From contig CAVZSV010000004.1 in NCBI GenBank assembly GCA_963778115.1, forward strand, positions 1,856,001-1,920,000: DNA of 64,000 bases. The letters run 5' to 3'. The notes below the pieces were generated by a model that worked only from the letters and a program-made list of their open reading frames with translations, was not told the origin of the DNA and made no database searches. Both the position numbers and the translations under genes were made by a program. Each line of letters begins with the position of its first letter. The first letter of the stretch is position 1. This document shows, in pieces, positions 8,548 to 18,090 of the stretch. The DNA comes from an uncultured delta proteobacterium. GTDB taxonomy: Bacteria; Bdellovibrionota; FAC87; UBA2466.

Positions 8548-10535
8548 AACTCATCAAGATTGGAAGTGCAGCCCTCAATCAGACCCCTCTCGACTGGGAG
8601 AACAATCTCAAAAATATTCGAGAGGCGATCCATTCCGCAAAAGCACAAGGCGTTAGCGTTCTTTGTCTTCCGGAGCTTTGTATCAGCGGATATGGATGCG
8701 AAGACGCTTTCCACTCCCCGTCAGTGCAAACGACGGCTCAAGAGTGCTTATCCGAACTTCTCCCTGATACTAAAGGGATCATCGTGGCCCTTGGACTTCC
8801 TCTGCTTTATCATAATGGTCTTTTCAACACCGTTTGCCTCGTAGCCGACGGAACAATCCGTGGGTTCGTCGCCAAAAAATTTCTAGCCGGAGACGGAATC
8901 CACTATGAACCCCGCTGGTTCAAACCGTGGCAGAGAGGGAAACGCGGCGTGGTTGAGGTATTGGGGAAAGAATATCCGATCGGAGATTATTATTTTAATT
9001 GCGGAGGAATTAAGCTCGGTTTTGAAATCTGCGAGGAGGCTTGGGTAGCCGAGCGTCCCGGAGGAGATTTGGCCCTTTGCGGAGTTGATTTCATCTTAAA
9101 TCCAAGTGCAAGCCATTTTGCTTTCGGCAAAGATGACGTAAGGCTTCGCTTTGTGCTGGAAGGTTCTCGCGCTTTCGGAGTCAGTTATCTATATTGCGAC
9201 CTTCTTGGAAATGAAAGTGGGCGCGCGATTTACGACGGCGCGAATATTATAGCTTCGGCGGGTAAATTATTAGCCGTGGGACCGCGTTTGACCTTCTCTC
9301 CGTGGACGGTAACAGCGGCGGTAGTCGATGTGGAAGCGACCCGAATGAGTCAATCCAGAACGGGAAGCTTTGAACCAAGCTTTGACAGTGTCGTGGAAGG
9401 CAGTGTCGCCTTTCCTTTTACCTTCCCCTCGTTGCACCCGATCGTGAACGCTGCTTCGACTCCGACTTGGGAAAAATCTCCCCACCACAAAGAAGAGGAA
9501 TTTACTCGCGCCGTAGCGCTAGGATTATTCGATTACTTACGAAAGAGTCGATCCAAAGGGTTCGTCGTCTCACTCAGCGGCGGAGCCGATTCGTGCTCGA
9601 TCGCTTGCCTAATCTATTTCATGGTCAAATTGGGAGTTTCCGAGCTGGGAAAATCGGCTTTCCTGGAACGGTTGGGACTAAGTGATTTGGAATCGAAATG
9701 CCGCGCGGATGCGGACATCGTGAAGAATCTTTTGACGTGTATTTACCAATCAACGGAGAACAGCGGACCTATTACCCAAAATGCCGCTCGAGAAGTGGCA
9801 CTTGCCGTAGGGGCTGATTTTCTCGAGCTCGATGTTAACGATCTGTTTAAAGGCTACGTAAGCCGGGTCTCCCAAGCTTTACACCGAGAGATCCGGTGGG
9901 ACGCCGATGACATTGCCTTACAGAATATCCAAGCGCGAGTGCGTTCTCCCGGGGCTTGGCTTATTGCCAACCTAAAACACTTTCTTTTGGTATCGACGAG
10001 CAATCGCTCCGAAGTTGCCGTAGGCTACGCCACTATGGATGGAGACACCTCAGGAGGATTGAGTCCTTTAGGTGGTATCGACAAAGCTTTCCTGCGAGAA
10101 TGGCTCCGGTGGGTGGAAAAGACCGGTCCTCGTGGATTGGGTCCCCTCCCTCAGGTGAATGCGGTGAATGTTCAAGCCCCTACCGCTGAACTTCGCCCCG
10201 TAGGATTCAAGCAGACTGACGAAGCCGATCTCATGCCCTATGACCTTCTGGATGCGATCGAGCGCTCTGCCATTAGAGATAAGCGTTCTCCCCTTGAAGT
10301 ATTTCAATGCCTCCAACCTCAGTTTTCTGAAATTTCGCCGAACCAATTAGCTTTATGGGTAGATCGCTTTTTCCGGCTGTGGTGCCAAAATCAGTGGAAA
10401 CGGGAGCGCTACGCGCCTTCGTTCCATGTAGATGATGAAAATTTAGATCCCCGAACGTGGTGCCGGTTTCCCATCCTCTCGGGTGGTTACGAACGTGAAT
10501 TGAAAGAGTTGAAGAAGTATGTCGAGTCGCTCTAA
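8544..10535 (+). CDS. nadE: Glutamine-dependent NAD+ synthetase
   Basis: N-terminal nitrilase-like glutaminase domain (PEL, EICEEAW) plus SGGADS, NIQAR, TSNRSE, GYATMDGD, PTAEL. Confidence 0.95.
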   Translation: MKLIKIGSAALNQTPLDWENNLKNIREAIHSAKAQGVSVLCLPELCISGYGCEDAFHSPSVQTTAQECLSELLPDTKGIIVALGLPLLYHNGLFNTVCLVADGTIRGFVAKKFLAGDGIHYEPRWFKPWQRGKRGVVEVLGKEYPIGDYYFNCGGIKLGFEICEEAWVAERPGGDLALCGVDFILNPSASHFAFGKDDVRLRFVLEGSRAFGVSYLYCDLLGNESGRAIYDGANIIASAGKLLAVGPRLTFSPWTVTAAVVDVEATRMSQSRTGSFEPSFDSVVEGSVAFPFTFPSLHPIVNAASTPTWEKSPHHKEEEFTRAVALGLFDYLRKSRSKGFVVSLSGGADSCSIACLIYFMVKLGVSELGKSAFLERLGLSDLESKCRADADIVKNLLTCIYQSTENSGPITQNAAREVALAVGADFLELDVNDLFKGYVSRVSQALHREIRWDADDIALQNIQARVRSPGAWLIANLKHFLLVSTSNRSEVAVGYATMDGDTSGGLSPLGGIDKAFLREWLRWVEKTGPRGLGPLPQVNAVNVQAPTAELRPVGFKQTDEADLMPYDLLDAIERSAIRDKRSPLEVFQCLQPQFSEISPNQLALWVDRFFRLWCQNQWKRERYAPSFHVDDENLDPRTWCRFPILSGGYERELKELKKYVESL

Positions 10536-11235
10536 CATTTTTCGCCAGCCGCCTAAAACGCGTGGGTCCCAGAGCCCCCAGGCAATGAAATTGCGCGTAG
10601 TCTCAGTGGTATTGGGGTGGGAGGCTTCGGGACTAAAGTGCCTTCTCATGGAGGGAGAGAGATCGTCGGGTTACCCTTATCAATTGCCTGGCGCCTTCGT
10701 TAAACCTGAAAATGATTTGGATAGTACTGCCCGCGATGTCTTGGAAAGCCGGACCGGTCTAAAGGGAATCTTTCTGGAACAGCTTTATACATTTGGCCCC
10801 TTAGGCGCATCGGCTTGCGATCTTTCAGTGGCCTATTATGCTTTGGTAAGCCTTTCGCAACGAACGTTTCCGCCAAAAGGCAGCGGAGCTTGGACGTGGA
10901 TGCCAGTATCGGCGGTCTCTCGGCTGAGCGATGGGGAACGTCCCGTCCTGCTAAAAGCGCTTGAGCGCCTCAAAGGGAAGGTCCGCTACCAACCTATAGG
11001 GTTTGAACTGCTTCCGCCTAAATTTACCCTCTCGCAATTGCAAAATCTTTATGAGACCGTACTCGAACGATCGCTGGATAAAAGAAATTTCAGGAAAAAA
11101 ATCCTCTCGATGGATTTGATTCAACCTTTAGGCGAGTTTCAGCGCGAAGTGGCCCACAGAGCCGCCCGACTCTATCGTTTTGATGAGAAGCGGTACCGCA
11201 GTTTGAAGAATCAAGGATTGAATTTTGAGATCTAA
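10519..11235 (+). CDS. nrtR: Nudix-related transcriptional regulator
   Basis: Degenerate Nudix box (ARDVLESRTGL), LEQLYTFG, SVAYYAL, C-terminal wHTH FTLSQLQNLYE...LDKRNFRKKI...RAARLYRF; alternative start at 10585. Confidence 0.9.
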   Translation: MSSRSNIFRQPPKTRGSQSPQAMKLRVVSVVLGWEASGLKCLLMEGERSSGYPYQLPGAFVKPENDLDSTARDVLESRTGLKGIFLEQLYTFGPLGASACDLSVAYYALVSLSQRTFPPKGSGAWTWMPVSAVSRLSDGERPVLLKALERLKGKVRYQPIGFELLPPKFTLSQLQNLYETVLERSLDKRNFRKKILSMDLIQPLGEFQREVAHRAARLYRFDEKRYRSLKNQGLNFEI

Positions 11236-11256
11236 CTATCTTAAAAAGGAGAAGCC

Positions 11257-11922
11257 ATGCGAACGTTACTATTAGTAGACCTACAGAACGACTTCCTACC
11301 CGGAGGAGCGTTACCCGTACAAGGGGGTGAGGCCGTCATTGCGGTAGCCAATAAACTTCAACCCTTTTTCGATCTGGTGCTCGCAGCACAAGATTGGCAT
11401 CCGTCCAACCACACCTGTTTTGCCGCAAATCAGCCGGGAAAATCTCCCGGCGACGTGGTTGAAATGCATGGCTTACCCCAGACGCTCTGGCCGATACATT
11501 GTGTCGAATCGACAAAAGGGGCTCAGTTTTCCCCGTTTCTCAATCGCGATAAGATAGCCAAGGTGTTTCATAAAGGGACTGATGCTGGTGTAGATAGCTA
11601 TAGTGCTTTCTTTGATAACGCCCATTTGAGAGACACTGGGCTTGGCAAATATTTCAAACGTAATCAGATCTCTGAAATCTATCTCATGGGATTAGCCACG
11701 GAGTACTGTATTCAATGGAGCGCACTGGATGCTATCTCGTTAGGACTTAGCTGCTGCGTTATTACTGACGGTTGTCGTCCTATTAACGTAAATCCCGAGG
11801 ACGAAGCCAAGGCCTATCAGAAGATGACCGATGCGGGAGTCCATTTAGCTAAGAGCGAACAGGTCATCCGAGCCATTAAGCGAAGTGGTATTCGTCGTGC
11901 TGCCACTTCTGCGGTAGGATAG
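11257..11922 (+). CDS. pncA: Nicotinamidase/pyrazinamidase
   Basis: VDLQNDFLPGGAL, QDWHP, WPIHCV, KG...DSYSAF, GLATEYC. Confidence 0.95.
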   Translation: MRTLLLVDLQNDFLPGGALPVQGGEAVIAVANKLQPFFDLVLAAQDWHPSNHTCFAANQPGKSPGDVVEMHGLPQTLWPIHCVESTKGAQFSPFLNRDKIAKVFHKGTDAGVDSYSAFFDNAHLRDTGLGKYFKRNQISEIYLMGLATEYCIQWSALDAISLGLSCCVITDGCRPINVNPEDEAKAYQKMTDAGVHLAKSEQVIRAIKRSGIRRAATSAVG

Positions 11923-11930
11923 TCCTCATT

Positions 11931-12470
11931 ATGACGAAGCATATCCTGGGCGAAGGTAAGTATCTGCGCCTAATCAAAAACGACCGATGGGAATTCGTCG
12001 AACGAACCAATTGTTCGGGAGTCGTCCTGATCGTGGCCGTGTTCGAGGGAAAGCTTGTCCTTACCGAACAACGACGCGCTTCGCTTTCCGCTAACGTGAT
12101 CGAACTCCCGGCGGGGCTGGTCGGGGACACCCAAGGAGCTGAAAAGGAATCTCTCCTTGAGGCCGCCCGGCGTGAACTTATCGAGGAGACTGGCTTGGAG
12201 GCCGGCGAAATGGTAGCTCTCACCGAAGGGCCTCCTTCGGCGGGACAATCCTCGGAAGTGGTAACCCTTTTTCTGGCAAAACATCTTAAGCGGGTGGGAA
12301 AGGGGGGGGGTGATGAAAATGAAAATATTGTCGTTCACGAAATCCCCTTCTCCAGGCTAGATGGTTTCTTAGAAGAGAAGAAAAAAAAGGGCTCTCTTAT
12401 TGATCCCAAAGTTTTTGCGGGAGTCTATTTCGCCATCAAATATGGTCTGATAGGTCCCGATATCGGCTAG
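11931..12470 (+). CDS. NUDIX hydrolase (ADP-ribose pyrophosphatase-like)
   Basis: ELPAGL...AARRELIEETGL intact Nudix box; NAD operon context. Confidence 0.9.
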   Translation: MTKHILGEGKYLRLIKNDRWEFVERTNCSGVVLIVAVFEGKLVLTEQRRASLSANVIELPAGLVGDTQGAEKESLLEAARRELIEETGLEAGEMVALTEGPPSAGQSSEVVTLFLAKHLKRVGKGGGDENENIVVHEIPFSRLDGFLEEKKKKGSLIDPKVFAGVYFAIKYGLIGPDIG

Positions 12471-12482
12471 GAATCGAAGGCG

Positions 12483-13862
12483 TTGAAACCATCACCAAAA
12501 AAAATTGCGGTTTTCGGCGGCAGTTTCAACCCCCCGGGGAATCACCATCGGGTAATCGCAGAGAATCTAGCCCGACGATTCGATGAAGTGATTGTCGTTC
12601 CGTGTGGTCCCCGCCCCGACAAACCTTCCACCAACGAAGTCGATCCCATTTACCGATCGGCTATGGTGGACATGACCTTTCGCGGACTTGAAAAGGTAAG
12701 AGTGGAGCTTTTCGATCTCGAACAAGAGGTCTTTTCACGAACTTATCAATTGATACAGAAATTCGAACCTTTGGGAGAGGTTTGGAATGTGATCGGAAGC
12801 GATCTTATTCATGGGGGAAAGGACGGCAATTCCCCGATTCAGAAGGAGTGGATCTTAGGAAACGAACTTTGGAAGAACGCCCATTTTGTCGTAGTCCCCC
12901 GACCTGGCATCTCCTGTGACAAGAAAGATCTCCCTCCTCACCATCTGTTACTTGATATCTCGGAAAAAGGATCTAGTTCCGATATTCGGGAAGCGATCTT
13001 CCACGGAAAGTCTCTCGATAACAAACTACCTCTAGAAGTTAACCGTTACATTGATCGCCACGGCCTTTACCGAGGAATGCAACCGAATAAGACCACGCGC
13101 TTTCGTCCCGATGAATTAAAACCTTGGCTTATTATCGATGAGACCAATCAGGCTGCCACCAAAATCGCAAAGAAGCTCGGAATGAATTCCAGCACCGAAC
13201 CGAATGTTATTTACGTGATTGGCGGAGATGGTGCCATGCTGCGCGCCATTCGAAAACACTGGAGACTAAGACTTCCTTTTTATGGAATCAACGCGGGACA
13301 CTTAGGATTTCTTCTTAATGAAGCCCCTCCTTCCGTTCTTCCCGGACACGATCTTACTATCCATCAACTTCCGCTGTTGTGGGTTGAGATGGAGACCACT
13401 CGCGGAGAACGACACGCCGATGTGGCGTTCAACGACGCTTGGGTGGAAAGAGCGAGCGGGCAGACCGCATGGATCCAAGTTTCGGTGAACGGAAAAGAGA
13501 GACTTTCGAAATTACTGGCAGATGCAGCGCTCGTATCAACGGCGGCCGGCTCCGCCTCGTATGCGCGAGCGATGGGGGCGCAACCGTTGCCGGTAAATAC
13601 TCCGGCCCTTCTCTTAGTGGGATCTAATGTCCTTCTCCCCATCGGTTGGAAATCGGCGGTCTTACCACTCGAAAGTGAGATCACTTTTTCGGGCTTAGAT
13701 CCCATCAAACGTCCCTTGAACGGATACATCGACGGCGTTTTTCAAGGCAATATCCAACAGATGCGCGCCCGACTCAGTCATACCGCATCGGTGGAGTTGG
13801 TCTTCGACCCCGCCCACGATCCGGCGGAAAAACTAGCGAGGATTCAGTTCCCCACCGGCTAG
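12483..13862 (+). CDS. Fusion of nicotinate-nucleotide adenylyltransferase-like (NadD) and NAD kinase (NadK/PpnK) domains
   Basis: N-terminal IAVFGGSFNPPGNHH, IGSD, VVPRPG, SSSDIR, YIDRHGLY; C-terminal GGDGAML, GINAGHLGFL, FND, STAAGSASY. Confidence 0.85.
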   Translation: MKPSPKKIAVFGGSFNPPGNHHRVIAENLARRFDEVIVVPCGPRPDKPSTNEVDPIYRSAMVDMTFRGLEKVRVELFDLEQEVFSRTYQLIQKFEPLGEVWNVIGSDLIHGGKDGNSPIQKEWILGNELWKNAHFVVVPRPGISCDKKDLPPHHLLLDISEKGSSSDIREAIFHGKSLDNKLPLEVNRYIDRHGLYRGMQPNKTTRFRPDELKPWLIIDETNQAATKIAKKLGMNSSTEPNVIYVIGGDGAMLRAIRKHWRLRLPFYGINAGHLGFLLNEAPPSVLPGHDLTIHQLPLLWVEMETTRGERHADVAFNDAWVERASGQTAWIQVSVNGKERLSKLLADAALVSTAAGSASYARAMGAQPLPVNTPALLLVGSNVLLPIGWKSAVLPLESEITFSGLDPIKRPLNGYIDGVFQGNIQQMRARLSHTASVELVFDPAHDPAEKLARIQFPTG

Positions 13863-14021
13863 AAATCTCCACAGAAGAGCTTTTAGAGATTGACACATCA
13901 TGTAATTTCATTATTCGGCATCATTTTAAGGACTTATCTTTAATTTTTGACCCTTCACGCTAATAGAATCCTAATAATTTTCCCATCGACTTTCCAGCCT
14001 ATGCGAGGCTAAAACCCCCGC

Positions 14022-15704
14022 ATGATTCGGGAATGCAAAGCGTTAGGGAGGTGTCGGGGGAAGGCTTTGCCCTTTGCGTTTCTCCTTTTATTCACCTTAT
14101 GCAGACCCGCGGTATCGATCGCGGCCATTGCCGGCGATGACGAACGGGAAGAGGCTGCCATTACGGCCGATGTGGATCTGGCATCCAGGGATGTCGAGGG
14201 CTTGGAATCACCCGCGGATCTATTTGGAATGGAGCTTGTGGACGCCGAAACGGCGCTAGAACAACCCTCCTATTCCGCCCCCACGTTTGAAGAAAACGGA
14301 CAACGCATCAGTTATGCATTGCCAGAAAGCTCGGCAGAAATCCGCGCACTGAGCGCGCAGTACTTCAAACATATTCAAGAGTCGGGCCGGGAAAAAGGAA
14401 TCGAATTAAATCAGGCCGTCATTACCGTGGTTCAACATAGCCGGTACTGGGACAGGCGGACGAAGGCATTGGTCGAAAGTTTGGTTCGCAACTATAAGCT
14501 AACGGTGGTGGTCATCCGCCCGGGAGAGAAAGAAGGAACCACCAAAGCTCTCTGGCTTCAACAGGCAGCAAGACCTGAGAACTTCGTTCTCGAGTTAGCT
14601 CGAACGGCCATCGAGACTCCCGAGCTCAGTGATCTCGTTGCTGAAGGAAAAATCAACGAAGCCGCGGTTTATAATTTCTCTGAACAAGCCCATTCGACAT
14701 TTTCGAAGCTTTTTGGACGAGGATCCACGGCTTTGGCCTATGTCGTTATGGCTTCGAAGACCTTCTCTCGAACTCTTGGAAAATATCTTCATCACTTTGT
14801 CGATGATAAGACTGGAATTAGGCGGCCTAGACTTGGTTATGACAAAAATGGCCACTCTCGACTCGCCTTAGAGGGGGCTGAGATCGCTCTCGCCATTTAT
14901 GGCGCGGTTCTTCTCTACAATGTTTCGTACACCTCCTTCACCAACCGCGGAGCACCAAATCCACACGCAGGCGCTTTGGTGGCGGGATTTTTTCAGGCCT
15001 TTTGGACCTATTTCAAGCGCGCTGCCGGCGAAGCCAATTCCGCAAAGATGGTCTTTAACGAACTTACGAAACGTTGGGAAGCCGATCCCATGGCTTTTAC
15101 CTTTTCTATTTTCTCTAGCAGCTTGGTGGGACTCTTTGCGGCTACCATTGCGGCACATGATGGCCATTTAGCCTTAGTGAGTGCCCTCGTTCTAGCCTGG
15201 GGAGCGTTCGGCGGAACCTTCAATAAGTACTTGCCCGAAATGTTTCTCGTGAAACATCAAAGCAAGAATAACGGAGCTCATGCTACGGACAGTAGAGAGC
15301 ACCCCGCGTTTTATACCGTCTTCCTAAACCAAGCGACCGGAGTTCCCCTTAAGGTGATCCAGACGATCGCTCTGTTCGGAACGAGTATTGAAACTAGTAT
15401 TGTCTACTGGGGAATGGTTACCCTAAGCCTGGGGTATTTCATTAGACAGCAACTTCTTTGGGAGCGGCCGGGCACCACCCAAAGAACTTTGACGGAAAAA
15501 TTCAAACGCCGCATGCGAAAATTTTGGAATCAAGCCATGGTGAGGTTTGGATATAAATCCTCAGAGCTTTGTGGTCTGTCGATCTACATGCAGGAAGACC
15601 CTGCCCCAGAGCTGCTTGAAAATTATAGAAGCAGCACTAACGGCGCGAAAGCGGCTGCCAAGAACGCGTATCTCCAAGCGGTCCCCGCAGTCACTGTCCA
15701 CTAA
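14022..15704 (+). CDS. Hypothetical protein with signal-like N-terminus and several C-terminal hydrophobic segments
   Basis: 560 aa ORF filling the gap between known genes; hydrophobic stretches in the second half; no family recognised. Confidence 0.7.
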   Translation: MIRECKALGRCRGKALPFAFLLLFTLCRPAVSIAAIAGDDEREEAAITADVDLASRDVEGLESPADLFGMELVDAETALEQPSYSAPTFEENGQRISYALPESSAEIRALSAQYFKHIQESGREKGIELNQAVITVVQHSRYWDRRTKALVESLVRNYKLTVVVIRPGEKEGTTKALWLQQAARPENFVLELARTAIETPELSDLVAEGKINEAAVYNFSEQAHSTFSKLFGRGSTALAYVVMASKTFSRTLGKYLHHFVDDKTGIRRPRLGYDKNGHSRLALEGAEIALAIYGAVLLYNVSYTSFTNRGAPNPHAGALVAGFFQAFWTYFKRAAGEANSAKMVFNELTKRWEADPMAFTFSIFSSSLVGLFAATIAAHDGHLALVSALVLAWGAFGGTFNKYLPEMFLVKHQSKNNGAHATDSREHPAFYTVFLNQATGVPLKVIQTIALFGTSIETSIVYWGMVTLSLGYFIRQQLLWERPGTTQRTLTEKFKRRMRKFWNQAMVRFGYKSSELCGLSIYMQEDPAPELLENYRSSTNGAKAAAKNAYLQAVPAVTVH

Positions 15705-15855
15705 AGCGAGCGCCTAAGCTAACGATATCGAAACTGGAAATCGACGGTGCTTGACGGAGCAAGCCCCTTTTCGGTAGTGGTACGAGGTTCAATTTTACTG
15801 TTGGGGTTAAAGTTCGAGGGATCCCAATCGGGTTCCTCAAGAAGGAGTTACACCG

Positions 15856-16860
15856 ATGAAGTGGTTTCGAATTAGTCTGCTAAGTCTTGTAATGTTTGCT
15901 CCCTTTTGGCAACAGCCCAGCTTCGCCGCAAAAGAAAGTGTTTTTATCTACGCCAGTGTCGACGAGGAGGTGGCCCAACAATTGGTTGCTGCGTTCGAAG
16001 CCGAGACGGGTATCAAAGTCAATTTTGTTCGCCTTTCGACGGGAGAAGCCGTCGCTAGACTCGAAGCCGAAAAGGCAAACCCGCAAGTTTCCCTTTGGCT
16101 TGGTGGAGTAGGCTTAGGGCATGCGGAAATTAAAGAAAAGGGACTTAGTATTCCTTACCAGTCCGCTGACACGGCTTCACTTAATCCTAAATTCAAAGAC
16201 CCTGAGGGTTATTGGAACGGCATTTACTTGGGCGTGCTATCTTTCGTTACCAACAAGGAGTTGCTAAAAAAGAAAAATCTACAACCTCCCCAAGTTTGGA
16301 ATGATCTCTTAGATCCGAAATGGAAAGGTAACATTCAAATTCCCAATCCAGGAACTTCGGGAACTTCATATAGTCTTATGATCATGCTCATCGCCAAGAG
16401 TAACGAAGACAAAGCCTTCGAATACATGAAGGCCCTAAACTCCAATGTCTCCCAATATACGCGATCGGGTTCTGCGCCCGCCAAAAACGTGGCCCTCGGA
16501 GAGACGATCATTGGGATCGGATACGCCCAGGACATTTTAAAACTTATCCACGGATCGAAATCCGCACTTGAACTAGTCTACCCCAAAGACGGAACCGGTT
16601 ATGAAATTGCAGCCATGTCGTTAATTAAAGGGGGAAAGCAAACGGAAACGGCGAAGAAGCTGATGGAATGGTGTTACTCGAAAAAAGCGGCGCAGATCTT
16701 GGCAGATAATTACATCATTCCGTTAAAGACAAAAGGCGTGAAGCTCAAAGAGGTCGCTATCTATCCTAAGAGCCTTAAGCTTATCGATGCCCCGATGGAA
16801 TGGGCCGGAAAAAATAAGCAACGGCTCATCGAGAGATGGAACGATCAGATTAACCACTAG
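15856..16860 (+). CDS. ABC transporter substrate-binding protein, AfuA/FbpA (COG1840)-like
   Basis: Signal peptide; FEAETGIKVNFVRLSTGE, WNDLLDPKWKG, PNPGTSGT, YTRSGSAP, GTGYEI; SD AAGGAG. Confidence 0.88.
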   Translation: MKWFRISLLSLVMFAPFWQQPSFAAKESVFIYASVDEEVAQQLVAAFEAETGIKVNFVRLSTGEAVARLEAEKANPQVSLWLGGVGLGHAEIKEKGLSIPYQSADTASLNPKFKDPEGYWNGIYLGVLSFVTNKELLKKKNLQPPQVWNDLLDPKWKGNIQIPNPGTSGTSYSLMIMLIAKSNEDKAFEYMKALNSNVSQYTRSGSAPAKNVALGETIIGIGYAQDILKLIHGSKSALELVYPKDGTGYEIAAMSLIKGGKQTETAKKLMEWCYSKKAAQILADNYIIPLKTKGVKLKEVAIYPKSLKLIDAPMEWAGKNKQRLIERWNDQINH

Positions 16861-16907
16861 GTGCAAGAAGGGTTTCACAAGCACCATTCCTTAAGTAGAA
16901 TGGTCTG

Positions 16908-17987
16908 ATGAAGACTCCTTTAGTAGCCCTGGGGCTAGTTGTCATACTCATTATCGGTCTTGTTTGGGTTAAACCTTGGCGCCATAGCGAGTCTTTAACC
17001 CCGGAGGTGGCTACTGCACCGGCACAAAACACCGCGGCCCTTCCGGCAGCGCGCGCTAAAAAGAAGCTTTTTTTTGAGTCCCCCCGAGAGCCCATTGCCA
17101 CTGACAAGATAGCTCCCTCGATTTCCCCCCGCTGTAGAGAGCTGTGGACCGACATCCGCAAACTCAATCTCGGAGACAGCAGTATTTTTCAGGAGGATCG
17201 CTATCAGGTGCCCGATGCCTCTCAGTGTCAGGGATTAGCAGAACCCTTTGCCTCGCTACAAAAATCATTTGCGGAGAAGTGTCAGCCCCCAAAGAAGGTA
17301 ACTGACGAAAAGGAAAAGGCCTTAAATGCTTCTAACTGCCAACTAGCGGCCTTTTATTATCGCGCACAGATAACCGAGTACTTAACCCGCGACGAGGATC
17401 TTAGCGACATTAGCGATATGAAAGTATTGACCGACAAACTTTTCGCCAAGTTTATGAATGATCCCAAGACGGCCGCAGACGTGGCTAGTCGAATGCTAGA
17501 GATCGATCCTACCTATTATCCCGCCGCTCAAACGCTTCTTTTCTCTCACATGATTGCGGCCTCCGACAGCGCTCGAGGAAACATGAATGATCCCGTATGG
17601 CAAACGGTTAGGGCGGATTTAGACCGAGCTAAACAGATGAACCCCAACGATCCTCAAAGCGCCGAGCTCGATCTATTTTTGCTCGCTTCCCAAAGCGATG
17701 ACCCAGCGAAAGTGCGCGAACGCGCACAAGCCTATGCCGATGCCAATCCTAATTCTCCCTTGGGACTGTATTATCTAGCATGGGCCGCCTACCGAAGTGG
17801 AAATCCGGATTTGGGTTGGCAGTATCTGCAAAGCGATCTCAATAAATTTCCGGGAGAACCTCGAATTACAGCAACAATGCAAGGGGTGAAGCAGAACCCG
17901 ACTTTTTACCAATCGCCCGACCGATCGCATTCGCCGTTCCGAGGAAGTTTTTCGACGAACGTAAACCCAAGTGGAAGTACTTACTAG
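16908..17987 (+). CDS. Membrane-anchored hypothetical protein with TPR-like helical C-terminus
   Basis: N-terminal TM helix, four spaced Cys, LEIDP / NPNSPLGLYYLAWAAYRSG TPR-like segments. Confidence 0.7.
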   Translation: MKTPLVALGLVVILIIGLVWVKPWRHSESLTPEVATAPAQNTAALPAARAKKKLFFESPREPIATDKIAPSISPRCRELWTDIRKLNLGDSSIFQEDRYQVPDASQCQGLAEPFASLQKSFAEKCQPPKKVTDEKEKALNASNCQLAAFYYRAQITEYLTRDEDLSDISDMKVLTDKLFAKFMNDPKTAADVASRMLEIDPTYYPAAQTLLFSHMIAASDSARGNMNDPVWQTVRADLDRAKQMNPNDPQSAELDLFLLASQSDDPAKVRERAQAYADANPNSPLGLYYLAWAAYRSGNPDLGWQYLQSDLNKFPGEPRITATMQGVKQNPTFYQSPDRSHSPFRGSFSTNVNPSGSTY

Positions 17988-18022
17988 ACTAAGCGAAGTC
18001 CCGCTACGGTCCACTCTCAACC

Positions 18023-18069
18023 AAAAAAAAGGTTCTGCCGCAATTCTCAGATTACGGCAGAACCTTATT
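18023..18069. terminator. Intrinsic (probably bidirectional) terminator
   Basis: AAGGTTCTGCCG 18029-18040 pairs with CGGCAGAACCTT 18055-18066; A8 on the left flank; lies between convergent genes. Confidence 0.8.
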
Positions 18070-18090
18070 CTTGAACTTAATGATTGAGGA

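Noticed and set aside
12302..12390. Poly-G and poly-A tracts in the Nudix gene as phase-variation sites
   Set aside because: In frame, encoding plausible GGG and KKK residues in a cytoplasmic enzyme
7072..13862. Phage-type NAD reconstitution (NARP) or prophage cargo
   Set aside because: The enzymes are the bacterial PncA/PncB route with NrtR control; no phage, integrase or att features flank the operon
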